Assembly (NCBI RefSeq): GCF_003334355.1
Contig: NZ_QOWP01000001.1
Strand: one strand, 5' to 3'
DNA length: 64,000 nucleotides
From: Escherichia coli
Lineage (GTDB): Bacteria > Pseudomonadota > Gammaproteobacteria > Enterobacterales > Enterobacteriaceae
Position 1 is the first letter of the stretch. The number at the start of each line of letters is the position of its first letter. Made by a program: the position numbers and the translations under genes. Of the stretch, positions 10,263 through 18,648 are shown piece after piece. Below the pieces are notes generated by a model. The model made no database searches. It had not been told where the DNA came from and saw only the letters and a list, made by a program, of their open reading frames with translations.

Positions 10263-11405
10263 TTAAATCTGCTTTTCATACAATCGGTAACGCTTGTACG
10301 GCTCTGCCCCAATGCGTTCCAGCATGTTATTCATGCCTGTATTGGTTTCGAGGATCCATGACATCTCCAGCGCATCGATCTTCCGGCGGGCAAACGGATC
10401 GCGTAAGGCTTCAATCAATAACAGCGCAATCACCGGGCCGATGCGGCTGAACTGATACTCGTCGCGCACGCCCATCAGCGGTACTCGCGCAGTTCGCACA
10501 CCGCTGACTTTCAAACGCCACAGCAATTTTGCCCAGCCGAAGGGAAAGAGCGATCCGTTCAGATCGGCAATCGCCTCGTTGATGTTCGGCAAGCCGACAA
10601 TAAACGCGCAGGGTGCAGAATCAATCTCAGCGATATAGATCATATCGTCCGGCACCAGATATTTAAGTTGATCGCCCATGGTCGCGAATTCATGTTCGGT
10701 AAACGGCACAAATCCCCAGTTGTGCTGCCAGCCAGAGTTGAAAATCTCACGCAGGATCTGCATCTCTTCGGCAAACCGCTGACGATTGATGCAGCGAATG
10801 GTCACCTTTTTGCGCACCTGATCCATCAGTTTTTTTAGCGCCGGAGAGAAAGTGAGATCGGTTCGCTGCATCCACCACGCCAGTAAATCAATGCCTTTGT
10901 GATAACCCAGTTGTTCAATATGCGCGGCATACCACGGTTTGCCGTGTGGCATCATCGCACAGGGTGGTGTGTCAAAACCTTCAATCAGTAATCCGCTTTC
11001 CTGATTGATATTCAGGCTGAAAGGCCCGCTGATCTTACTTGCACCTTGTGACTTCAACCACGCTTCCGCTACGCCAAACAACGCGGCAAAAACCTGCGGA
11101 TCATCAATGGCGTCAATCATGCCGAAATGACCGGTATCTTTGCCGTAACGCTCGCGGTGCAAGGTATCTATTTGCGCGGTAATACGCCCAACTATCTGCC
11201 CCGCTTTTTTTGCCACCCACGCCTGCCAGATGATATGGTCCGTCCCCGGATTTTTCGCAGACAAATGCTCGTTGCGTTCAATGAATAAAGGGGGTATCCA
11301 GTTTGGATCGTCGGGATAAAGTGATGACGGAAAAGCGATAAATGCCTTAAGGTCATTTTTATTAATTACTTTTTCAATTTTAATCATCAGCAGATCGCAT
11401 TCCAT
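10263..11405 (-). CDS. yghO: YghO, GNAT-fold (acyl-CoA N-acyltransferase superfamily) protein; candidate N-acyltransferase of the adjacent lipid island
   Basis: Long minus-strand ORF; the track start at 11483 is a TTG. First ATG at 11403-11405 gives MECDLLMIKIEKV...; a second candidate ATG lies at 11387. Start uncertain. Family assignment is from memory of YghO annotation, not a motif I can prove here. Confidence 0.65.
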   Translation of the reverse strand: MECDLLMIKIEKVINKNDLKAFIAFPSSLYPDDPNWIPPLFIERNEHLSAKNPGTDHIIWQAWVAKKAGQIVGRITAQIDTLHRERYGKDTGHFGMIDAIDDPQVFAALFGVAEAWLKSQGASKISGPFSLNINQESGLLIEGFDTPPCAMMPHGKPWYAAHIEQLGYHKGIDLLAWWMQRTDLTFSPALKKLMDQVRKKVTIRCINRQRFAEEMQILREIFNSGWQHNWGFVPFTEHEFATMGDQLKYLVPDDMIYIAEIDSAPCAFIVGLPNINEAIADLNGSLFPFGWAKLLWRLKVSGVRTARVPLMGVRDEYQFSRIGPVIALLLIEALRDPFARRKIDALEMSWILETNTGMNNMLERIGAEPYKRYRLYEKQI

Positions 11406-11780
11406 AGTTCTGTTCTGTGGGTAACAAATAATTAACGGTGACAAACAGGTTGCAACAGCAACGAACGGCACCTTAATAATCAACCCAATGAATACAAACG
11501 ACGAATAAATAGTATTTATTAATGATTACGATAAGGTCAGAGACTACACAGAAGCGCCACAATGCCTTTTGTCGATTTAAGGCGACCGGACAAGGCTTCT
11601 TCTTAATACATTCATAAATTAAATATCATTCACAATAAAAACAAAAAACTTAAACTCATTATTTAAATCAATGTTCATTTTCACACCGATGAAAATACTA
11701 TCTCATTTATCTTTTATGCCTATATAATCCACCGCATTATTGTCATTTTATTTTTGATATCCAATTTTTTCGTGGTGTAT
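11406..11780. promoter_or_regulatory. AT-rich divergent promoter region between yghO and the acyl-AMP ligase operon
   Basis: Visibly AT-rich spacer (e.g. ttcataaattaaatatcattcacaataaaaacaaaaaacttaaactcattatttaaatcaatg) between divergent starts; typical of H-NS-silenced accessory promoters. Confidence 0.4.
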
Positions 11781-13502
11781 ATGTCTAATAAAATCTTTAC
11801 GCATTCCCTACCTATGCGCTATGCCGATTTTCCAACGCTGGTTGATGCTTTGGACTACGCCGCTCTGAGTAGCGCCGGAATGAATTTTTATGACAGACGT
11901 TGCCAACTTGAAGATCAACTGGAATATCAGACGTTAAAAACGCGTGCCGAAGCTGGTGCGAAGCGGTTGTTATCGCTGAACCTGAAAAAAGGCGAACGCG
12001 TGGCGCTGATTGCCGAAACGAGTAGCGGGTTCGTAGAGGCTTTTTTTGCCTGCCAGTATGCCGGCTTAGTCGCCGTCCCGTTGGCGATTCCAATGGGCGT
12101 TGGTCAGCGGGATTCCTGGAGCGCCAAATTGCAGGGTTTACTGGCAAGTTGCCAGCCCGCAGCCATTATCACTGGTGATGAGTGGTTGCCACTGGTCAAT
12201 GCCGCGACGCATGACAACCCCGAATTACATGTTTTAAGCCACGCCTGGTTTAAGGCATTACCGGAAGCCGATGTTGCGCTCCAGCGTCCAGTTCCGAACG
12301 ATATCGCCGACCTCCAGTACACCTCCGGCAGCACCCGTTTTCCCCGTGGCGTCATTATCACCCATCGCGAAGTGATGGCTAATCTACGTGCTATAAGCCA
12401 CGACGGCATTAAATTACGCCCTGGCGACCGCTGCGTCTCCTGGCTGCCTTTCTACCATGATATGGGACTGGTCGGCTTTCTCCTGACCCCCGTCGCCACG
12501 CAGCTTTCAGTAGATTATTTGCGCACTCAGGATTTTGCCATACGTCCTCTGCAATGGCTTAAATTGATCAGTAAAAATCGCGGCACCGTTTCCGTTGCGC
12601 CGCCGTTTGGCTATGAATTGTGCCAGCGCCGCGTGAATGAAAAAGATCTCGCTGAACTGGATCTTTCCTGCTGGCGCGTCGCTGGTATTGGTGCAGAACC
12701 CATCTCCGCAGAACAACTCCATCAATTCGCTGAATGTTTCCGTCAGGTTAACTTTGACAATAAAACTTTCATGCCGTGCTACGGACTGGCAGAAAATGCG
12801 CTGGCTGTCAGCTTCTCTGATGAAGCCTCCGGGGTTGTGGTTAACGAAGTGGATCGCGACATCCTCGAATATCAGGGTAAAGCCGTCGCGCCGGGTGCAG
12901 AGACACGCGCCGTATCGACTTTCGTCAACTGCGGCAAAGCGTTGCCGGAACATGGTATTGAAATCCGCAATGAAGCAGGTATGCCGGTCGCGGAACGTGT
13001 GGTAGGCCATATTTGCATCTCCGGTCCCAGTCTGATGAGCGGTTACTTTGGCGACCAGGCTTCGCAAGACGAGATTGCCGCGACGGGCTGGTTAGACACC
13101 GGCGACCTCGGTTATCTGCTGGACGGTTATCTGTATGTCACCGGACGCATTAAAGATCTGATTATTATTCGTGGCCGTAATATCTGGCCGCAGGATATTG
13201 AATATATAGCGGAACAGGAACCGGAAATTCATTCTGGCGATGCGATTGCTTTTGTTACCGCCCAGGAAAAAATCATTTTGCAGATCCAGTGTCGGATCAG
13301 CGACGAAGAACGTCGCGGGCAGCTTATCCACGCGCTGGCGGCACGGATCCAAAGCGAATTTGGCGTGACCGCGGCTATCGATCTGTTGCCGCCCCACAGT
13401 ATTCCCCGAACGTCCTCCGGCAAGCCTGCCCGTGCGGAAGCGAAAAAACGTTATCAGAAGGCTTATGCTGCCAGTCTTAATGTGCAGGAATCCCTGGCAT
13501 GA
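11781..13502 (+). CDS. Fatty acyl-AMP ligase / acyl-ACP synthetase (AMP-binding adenylate-forming family)
   Basis: Adenylation motifs YTSGSTRFPRGV, YGLAEN, DTGDLGY and GRIKDLIIIRGRNIWPQDIE; C-terminal SGKPARAE. Track start 11754 is TTG; first ATG is 11781 (MSNKIF), start uncertain. Stop overlaps next gene start (ATGA at 13499-13502). Confidence 0.8.
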   Translation: MSNKIFTHSLPMRYADFPTLVDALDYAALSSAGMNFYDRRCQLEDQLEYQTLKTRAEAGAKRLLSLNLKKGERVALIAETSSGFVEAFFACQYAGLVAVPLAIPMGVGQRDSWSAKLQGLLASCQPAAIITGDEWLPLVNAATHDNPELHVLSHAWFKALPEADVALQRPVPNDIADLQYTSGSTRFPRGVIITHREVMANLRAISHDGIKLRPGDRCVSWLPFYHDMGLVGFLLTPVATQLSVDYLRTQDFAIRPLQWLKLISKNRGTVSVAPPFGYELCQRRVNEKDLAELDLSCWRVAGIGAEPISAEQLHQFAECFRQVNFDNKTFMPCYGLAENALAVSFSDEASGVVVNEVDRDILEYQGKAVAPGAETRAVSTFVNCGKALPEHGIEIRNEAGMPVAERVVGHICISGPSLMSGYFGDQASQDEIAATGWLDTGDLGYLLDGYLYVTGRIKDLIIIRGRNIWPQDIEYIAEQEPEIHSGDAIAFVTAQEKIILQIQCRISDEERRGQLIHALAARIQSEFGVTAAIDLLPPHSIPRTSSGKPARAEAKKRYQKAYAASLNVQESLA

Positions 13503-14413
13503 ATCAAACTGTCGCGGTGACGGGCGCTACCGGGTTTATCGGTAAATATATTATCGATAACCTGCTCGCCCGCGGCTTTCACGTTCGCGCATTGACGCGT
13601 ACTGCCCGCGCTCACGTCAATGATAATCTCACCTGGGTGCGCGGTTCGCTGGAAGATACTCATTCACTTAGCGAGCTGGTTGCCGGAGCCAGCGTAGTGG
13701 TCCATTGCGCCGGGCAAGTGCGCGGGCACAAAGAAGAGATTTTCACCCGCTGTAACGTTGACGGCAGCCTGCGCCTGATGCAAGCAGCAAAAGAGAGCGG
13801 CTTTTGCCAACGTTTTCTGTTTATCTCTTCGCTGGCGGCGCGCCATCCCGAGCTCTCCTGGTATGCAAAATCCAAATACGTCGCCGAGCAACGACTGGCA
13901 GCAATGGCGGACGAAATTACGCTGGGCGTTTTTCGCCCGACAGCCGTGTATGGTCCCGGCGATAAAGAGTTAAAACCGCTGTTTGACTGGATGCTGCGCG
14001 GCCTGCTGCCACGACTTGGTGCGCCAGATACACAGCTCTCTTTTCTGCACGTCACCGATTTCGCGCAAGCAGTGGGTCAGTGGTTAAGCGCCGAAACTAT
14101 ACAGACGCAAACCTATGAATTATGCGATGGCGTCGCCGGCGGCTATGACTGGCAACGCGTACAGCAACTTGCCGCCGACGCCCGTTGCGGTTCCGTGCGA
14201 ATGGTTGGCATTCCTCTGCCGGTACTCACCGGCCTTGCGGATATCAGTACCGCGTTGAGTCGCCTGGCAGGTAAAGAACCTATGCTGACCCGCTCGAAAA
14301 TTCGTGAATTAACCCACGCCGACTGGTCGGCAAGTAATAACCGTATTTCTGAAGATATTAATTGGTTTCCCGGGATTAGCCTGGAACACGCATTACGCAA
14401 CGGGCTATTTTGA
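13499..14413 (+). CDS. NAD(P)-dependent epimerase/dehydratase-family (extended SDR) protein; candidate keto-reductase
   Basis: N-terminal Rossmann motif VAVTGATGFIGKYI and catalytic YAKSK (YxxxK); 304 aa; start overlaps upstream stop. Confidence 0.8.
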   Translation: MNQTVAVTGATGFIGKYIIDNLLARGFHVRALTRTARAHVNDNLTWVRGSLEDTHSLSELVAGASVVVHCAGQVRGHKEEIFTRCNVDGSLRLMQAAKESGFCQRFLFISSLAARHPELSWYAKSKYVAEQRLAAMADEITLGVFRPTAVYGPGDKELKPLFDWMLRGLLPRLGAPDTQLSFLHVTDFAQAVGQWLSAETIQTQTYELCDGVAGGYDWQRVQQLAADARCGSVRMVGIPLPVLTGLADISTALSRLAGKEPMLTRSKIRELTHADWSASNNRISEDINWFPGISLEHALRNGLF

Positions 14414-14444
14414 TTGTCTTGTTTAAAGGTGTGTTAACGTTTCT

Positions 14445-14693
14445 ATGGTAAATCGTGAAATAGTAATGGATTACATCCTTTCCTGTTTACAGGATTTGGT
14501 CGAAAACGGTGTGGAAATTAAGCCCGACAGCGATCTCGTCAACGATCTTGGCCTGGAGTCGATCAAAGTGATGGATCTCTTAATGATGCTGGAAGACAGA
14601 TTCGATATTTCCATTCCTATTAATATTCTGCTGGATGTCAAAACCCCTGCGCAATTAATGGAAACTCTACTTCCATGGCTGGAGAATAAATAA
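14445..14693 (+). CDS. Acyl carrier protein (stand-alone, pathway-dedicated)
   Basis: 82-aa acidic protein with phosphopantetheine-site-like motif DLGLESIKVMDLLMMLEDRF (ACP consensus DLGxDSLxxVEL); stop overlaps next start (TAATG at 14691-14695). Confidence 0.7.
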   Translation: MVNREIVMDYILSCLQDLVENGVEIKPDSDLVNDLGLESIKVMDLLMMLEDRFDISIPINILLDVKTPAQLMETLLPWLENK

Positions 14694-15865
14694 TGGGGCT
14701 ATACGATAAATATGCGCGCCTTGCTGGCGAGCGACTGCAATTTAGTGACAACGGGTTAACACCGTTTGGCACCTGTATTGATGAAGTGTATTCCGCCACC
14801 GAAGGCCGGATCGGCAATAAAAAAGTGATTCTGGCCGGGACCAATAATTATCTCGGTTTAACCTTTAATCATGATGCCATCAGCGAAGGTCAGGCCGCGT
14901 TAGCGGCCCAAGGTACCGGCACCACCGGTTCTCGTATGGCAAACGGCAGTTATGCGCCGCACCTGGCGTTAGAGAAAGAGATTGCCGAGTTTTTCAATCG
15001 CCCTACCGCTATCGTTTTTTCAACCGGTTATACCGCTAATTTAGGCGTCATCAGCGCACTTGCCGACCATAACGCCGTGGTGTTACTGGATGCCGACAGC
15101 CACGCCAGTATTTATGACGCCTGTTCTCTCGGTGGCGCGGAAATTATTCGTTTCCGCCATAACGATGCTAAAGATCTGGAACGGCGCATGGTTCGCCTCG
15201 GTGAACGGGCGAAAGAGGCGATTATCATCGTTGAGGGTATCTACAGCATGCTCGGTGACGTTGCGCCGTTAGCGGAAATTGTTGATATCAAACGTCGTCT
15301 CGGTGGTTATTTGATTGTCGATGAAGCGCATTCGTTTGGCGTGTTAGGCGCAACGGGGCGCGGACTGGCTGAAGCTGTCGGCGTTGAAGATGATGTGGAT
15401 ATTATCGTTGGCACCTTCAGTAAAAGTCTGGCCTCGATTGGCGGTTTTGCTGTCGGTTCGGAAGCGATGGAAGTGCTGCGCTACGGCAGCCGCCCGTATA
15501 TTTTTACCGCCTCTCCTTCTCCGTCCTGCATTGCGACCGTGCGCTCGTCGTTAAGAACTATTGCCACACAACCAGAGCTGCGGCAAAAGCTGATGGATAA
15601 TGCCAACCATCTGTATGACGGTCTGCAAAAACTGGGTTATGAGTTAAGTTCACATATTAGCCCGGTAGTGCCGGTAATAATCGGTTCGAAAGAGGACGGT
15701 TTACGCATCTGGCGCGAGCTTATTTCGCTGGGCGTTTATGTGAATCTTATCCTGCCACCTGCCGCGCCTGCAGGCATCACGCTGCTGCGCTGTAGCGTAA
15801 ACGCTGCTCACAGTCGTGAGCAAATCGATGCCATCATTCAGGCATTTGCTACTCTGAAGCAGTAA
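14693..15865 (+). CDS. PLP-dependent alpha-oxoamine synthase, serine-palmitoyltransferase-like
   Basis: 390 aa; PLP-lysine motif VGTFSKSLASIGGF (GTFSKS...GG is the Spt-type variant; BioF and Kbl have GTLSKA / GTLGKA); also DEAHS and glycine-rich TGTTGSR segments typical of the fold. Confidence 0.85.
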   Translation: MGLYDKYARLAGERLQFSDNGLTPFGTCIDEVYSATEGRIGNKKVILAGTNNYLGLTFNHDAISEGQAALAAQGTGTTGSRMANGSYAPHLALEKEIAEFFNRPTAIVFSTGYTANLGVISALADHNAVVLLDADSHASIYDACSLGGAEIIRFRHNDAKDLERRMVRLGERAKEAIIIVEGIYSMLGDVAPLAEIVDIKRRLGGYLIVDEAHSFGVLGATGRGLAEAVGVEDDVDIIVGTFSKSLASIGGFAVGSEAMEVLRYGSRPYIFTASPSPSCIATVRSSLRTIATQPELRQKLMDNANHLYDGLQKLGYELSSHISPVVPVIIGSKEDGLRIWRELISLGVYVNLILPPAAPAGITLLRCSVNAAHSREQIDAIIQAFATLKQ

Positions 15866-15871
15866 TGTGAG

Positions 15872-15905
15872 CCCGCCGTGGTGTTGCGCCACGGCGGGTT
15901 TAATG
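15872..15905. terminator. Bidirectional intrinsic terminator between convergent operons
   Basis: Stem cccgccgtgg / ccacggcggg (15872-15898) followed by ttt, lying exactly between the stop of the Spt-like gene (15863-15865) and the convergent LptG-like stop (15900-15902). Confidence 0.5.
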
Positions 15906-16979
15906 TTGTCTGTCATACCAATACACCAGGCTCAACGCCACCAGCACAAACGCTATCGGTAAACCGAGCGCGGTAACAGGTGCGCTCAACGCAAATAGCA
16001 ATCCCAGATTGACCATGATTTGATAGCTGATCCAGGTGAGTAAGCCAACGATGACACCTACAGCGAGACGGCTACCCATCCCTGGCGAGCGCGGGGCGCT
16101 AAAGGTAAACGGCACAGCCAGCAAAATCATCGCCAGGGTCAGGATGGGTTGCCCCAGTTTTTCCCACAGTGCAAGGCGGTATTCGCTGCTGGGTTGCCCG
16201 GTTTCCTGCAAATAATGGATGTAATGATTAAGCTAACGGACAGAAAAAGTATTGCCCGGCATTGATAACTCTTCAAGATCCATACTGGTGAAGGCCGATT
16301 GCCAGGCAAGATTATCTAATGTTTCCAGCGTTTCTTTGCCATTCAGCCATTTTTTATGATTCACACCATGCAGGATCCACGTTTTGTCGTCTTCAATGGT
16401 GGCACTGCGTGCATAAATGTAGGATTCGAGCGAGAGATCGTCGCGATAATGAAAAATCTCCACGCCCACCGGCTGGCCCTGCTCGTTCAGCGATTTCACC
16501 GTCACAAATTCATTACCACGCCTGGCCCACAGCATATTGCCGGTAATGTCATCGTCCTCCCCCAACGCGGTGGCGGTCGATTTGATTTGCAACGCCTGTT
16601 GCTGTAATGGCGACGCTACCCACTCATCTATCGCGCCTAACGAAACAGTCCACAATATCCCTGCAACCAGCGCCACCAGTGCAATACGGAAGATAGAAAA
16701 CCCCATGCTGCGAATGGCGGTAAGCTCACTGTTTTTCGATAACTGCCCCAGGCCGACAATCCCTCCCAATAAGGCGATAAATGGCGAAAGTTCGACCAGT
16801 GTGCGCGGTAAGGTCATTAGCACCACCAGCACCGCCTGAGTCCAGCGATAACCGCCCGGGCTGACATCATCCAGTTCGTTAATCAGGTTGAAGGTGGTAA
16901 AAAGCGGCAGCAATAGCCCTGCGGCGGCGGCAAAACCGAGAAAGAGATGACGGATTAAATAGCGGCTGAAAACATTCAT
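15900..16979 (-). pseudogene. LptG-like (YjgP/YjgQ family) permease interrupted by a single in-frame TAG
   Basis: ORFs 16233..17060 (N-part; ATG at 16979, MNVFSRYLIRHLFLGF...) and 15900..16211 (C-part, ...YRLALWEKLGQPILTLAMILLAVPF...) are in the same frame, separated only by TAG at 16233-16235. Together they give a ~360-codon LptG-type reading frame. Confidence 0.65.
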
Positions 16980-18046
16980 CGGGAAAATTTCTGCAGCAAA
17001 GAGAAGTCGCGTGCGACCAGCATCAGCAGGCCCATTAGCATGAGTCCGGGTACTAACCACAAACCAGGAATGAGGGGAATCGCGCCGTTAGCCACCAGCG
17101 TACGGCAGACGTCACCGCCATAAAAAATGGCAATAAACAGCAACGTCAGTGGCAATAACGTTGAAAATCGCCCTTGCCGCGGTTTTACCCGACTTAATGA
17201 AATGGCCAGCAGCGCCATCAACAATGCGGTCAGGCCACGGCTTTGCCGCCATTGCAGTTCGGCATGATCGGCCGGAAAGACGGAGCGCGCCAGCTCCGTG
17301 ACCGATTTTGCTTTGCGTTTGACGTTAGGGCTTTGATCCAGCGGATTCAGATGTAATTGCAGATTACGGTAGATCTGTTCGTTGTCGTCACGCCCCTGAT
17401 GATCGAGAAGATAGGCGGTGCCGTTGTGCAACATAACGGTCGGTTTCTCGGGAGATGGGTCAACCACATCAACCGAACGGGCACGGAAAATGCGGGTTCG
17501 ATTGGCAGTAGAAGTATAAATCAGCGCGTCAGTCAGGCGATTATTATCCTGATCAACCGTCTGCGAAAGGATCATTCGTCCGTTATCGTTAGTGTTAAAT
17601 TTCTTTGCCCGCAACTGGCGAACATCCAGCTCCGACTGCGACTGCTGCTCCAGTTGATAAATCTGCGCATAAGCCCACGGACGACCATACATCGACAGAA
17701 GGGTGACAAAAATACTTAGCGGTATCGCCAGATAAAGAACGGCTTTGTACAAGCGTCCCGGACTGCCCCCCGCCGCAGAGATAGCGGTAATTTCCGAGTC
17801 GGTATACATCTGCCCTAGCGTCACGCCAACTGACACATACAGACCAACAGGTAACAACATCTCCAGTGCAATCAGCACTTTGTAGAAAACGATATCCAGC
17901 ACAACATCAAGAGCTAATGTCCCATTTGCCGCTTCGGTCAGATAACGCTGTGAGGAGTAGCTGGCGAAAATAAAGATCAGAAAACCGACGATAATCAGCA
18001 CCAGACGGCGCGTACCACGCATGATGTAGTGTTCAACCAGCTTCAT
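16976..18046 (-). CDS. LptF-like (YjgP/YjgQ family) permease paralog
   Basis: 356-aa membrane protein; MYTDSEITAISAAGGSPGRLYK and SRVKPRQGRFSTLLP resemble LptF LYTESEIT / NPRQGR motifs; stop overlaps LptG-like start (ATGA at 16976-16979). Confidence 0.8.
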   Translation of the reverse strand: MKLVEHYIMRGTRRLVLIIVGFLIFIFASYSSQRYLTEAANGTLALDVVLDIVFYKVLIALEMLLPVGLYVSVGVTLGQMYTDSEITAISAAGGSPGRLYKAVLYLAIPLSIFVTLLSMYGRPWAYAQIYQLEQQSQSELDVRQLRAKKFNTNDNGRMILSQTVDQDNNRLTDALIYTSTANRTRIFRARSVDVVDPSPEKPTVMLHNGTAYLLDHQGRDDNEQIYRNLQLHLNPLDQSPNVKRKAKSVTELARSVFPADHAELQWRQSRGLTALLMALLAISLSRVKPRQGRFSTLLPLTLLFIAIFYGGDVCRTLVANGAIPLIPGLWLVPGLMLMGLLMLVARDFSLLQKFSR

Positions 18047-18076
18047 CTCACTAACGCCCTCAATCCTTTGAGTTTT

Positions 18077-18640
18077 TTATTCATTGATCAGTTTCTGCGC
18101 CAACGCAATGACATGATCTACCTCTTCCGGCGTCAGGCTGCCGTCCTTTGCCCACTGAATTTGCCCGGCTTTATTCAGCACCAGAATGGTTGAACTCTGC
18201 TCCGGCAAGCGCCAGGCAACGCGTCCCTGTCCATTGCCGTCAATAACGAATTGCGCCCACGGATAGCGGCGTTTATTTTTTTCGATTTTGCCAACAACAA
18301 AATAGCCAGTACCAAAGATGGCATCATCGGTGTTCACAATGGTGGTGGGCTGAAAACGATCCTGCGGAAAGTTTGCCGCTTCAACCGCTTTAATTAACAG
18401 TGAGTTCTTTTTCTTCGCCGACTTACGCCCGGCGATATACTGGATAATGCGGACTTTTCCCGCCAATTGTGTGCTGTTCCACTTTTGGTAGTGAATTTCG
18501 TCGTCACTATTCAGAAGCAGCTCGCCGCCTTCCTGGATATAAACGGGGGTAACCGTTTTGCCAGTGACGAAATTGTGTGCCTGAACACCCGGGGCTAAGA
18601 GCATGATAATCAGCGCAATAATCAAACGAAATGACATCAT
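18077..18640 (-). CDS. Periplasmic YtfJ-family-like protein with signal peptide
   Basis: 187 aa, N-terminal signal peptide MMSFRLIIALIIMLLAPGVQA; central TTIVNTDDAIFGTGYF and C-terminal WAKDGSLTPEEV resemble YtfJ (from memory). Confidence 0.55.
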   Translation of the reverse strand: MMSFRLIIALIIMLLAPGVQAHNFVTGKTVTPVYIQEGGELLLNSDDEIHYQKWNSTQLAGKVRIIQYIAGRKSAKKKNSLLIKAVEAANFPQDRFQPTTIVNTDDAIFGTGYFVVGKIEKNKRRYPWAQFVIDGNGQGRVAWRLPEQSSTILVLNKAGQIQWAKDGSLTPEEVDHVIALAQKLINE

Positions 18641-18648
18641 TGCTCCGG

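Noticed and set aside
14693-15865. Alternative reading of the alpha-oxoamine synthase as BioF (biotin) or Kbl (threonine catabolism)
   Set aside because: The PLP-lysine motif is GTFSKS rather than GTLSKA or GTLGKA, and the gene is coupled to an ACP, an acyl ligase and a reductase rather than to bio or tdh genes. Not fully excluded without phylogeny.
15900-16211. Treating the 103-aa membrane ORF as an independent small membrane protein
   Set aside because: It is in frame with, and continues the LptG-like sequence of, the upstream ORF across a single TAG; its own start is a TTG with no ribosome-binding site, so it is better explained as the C-terminal part of a disrupted gene.
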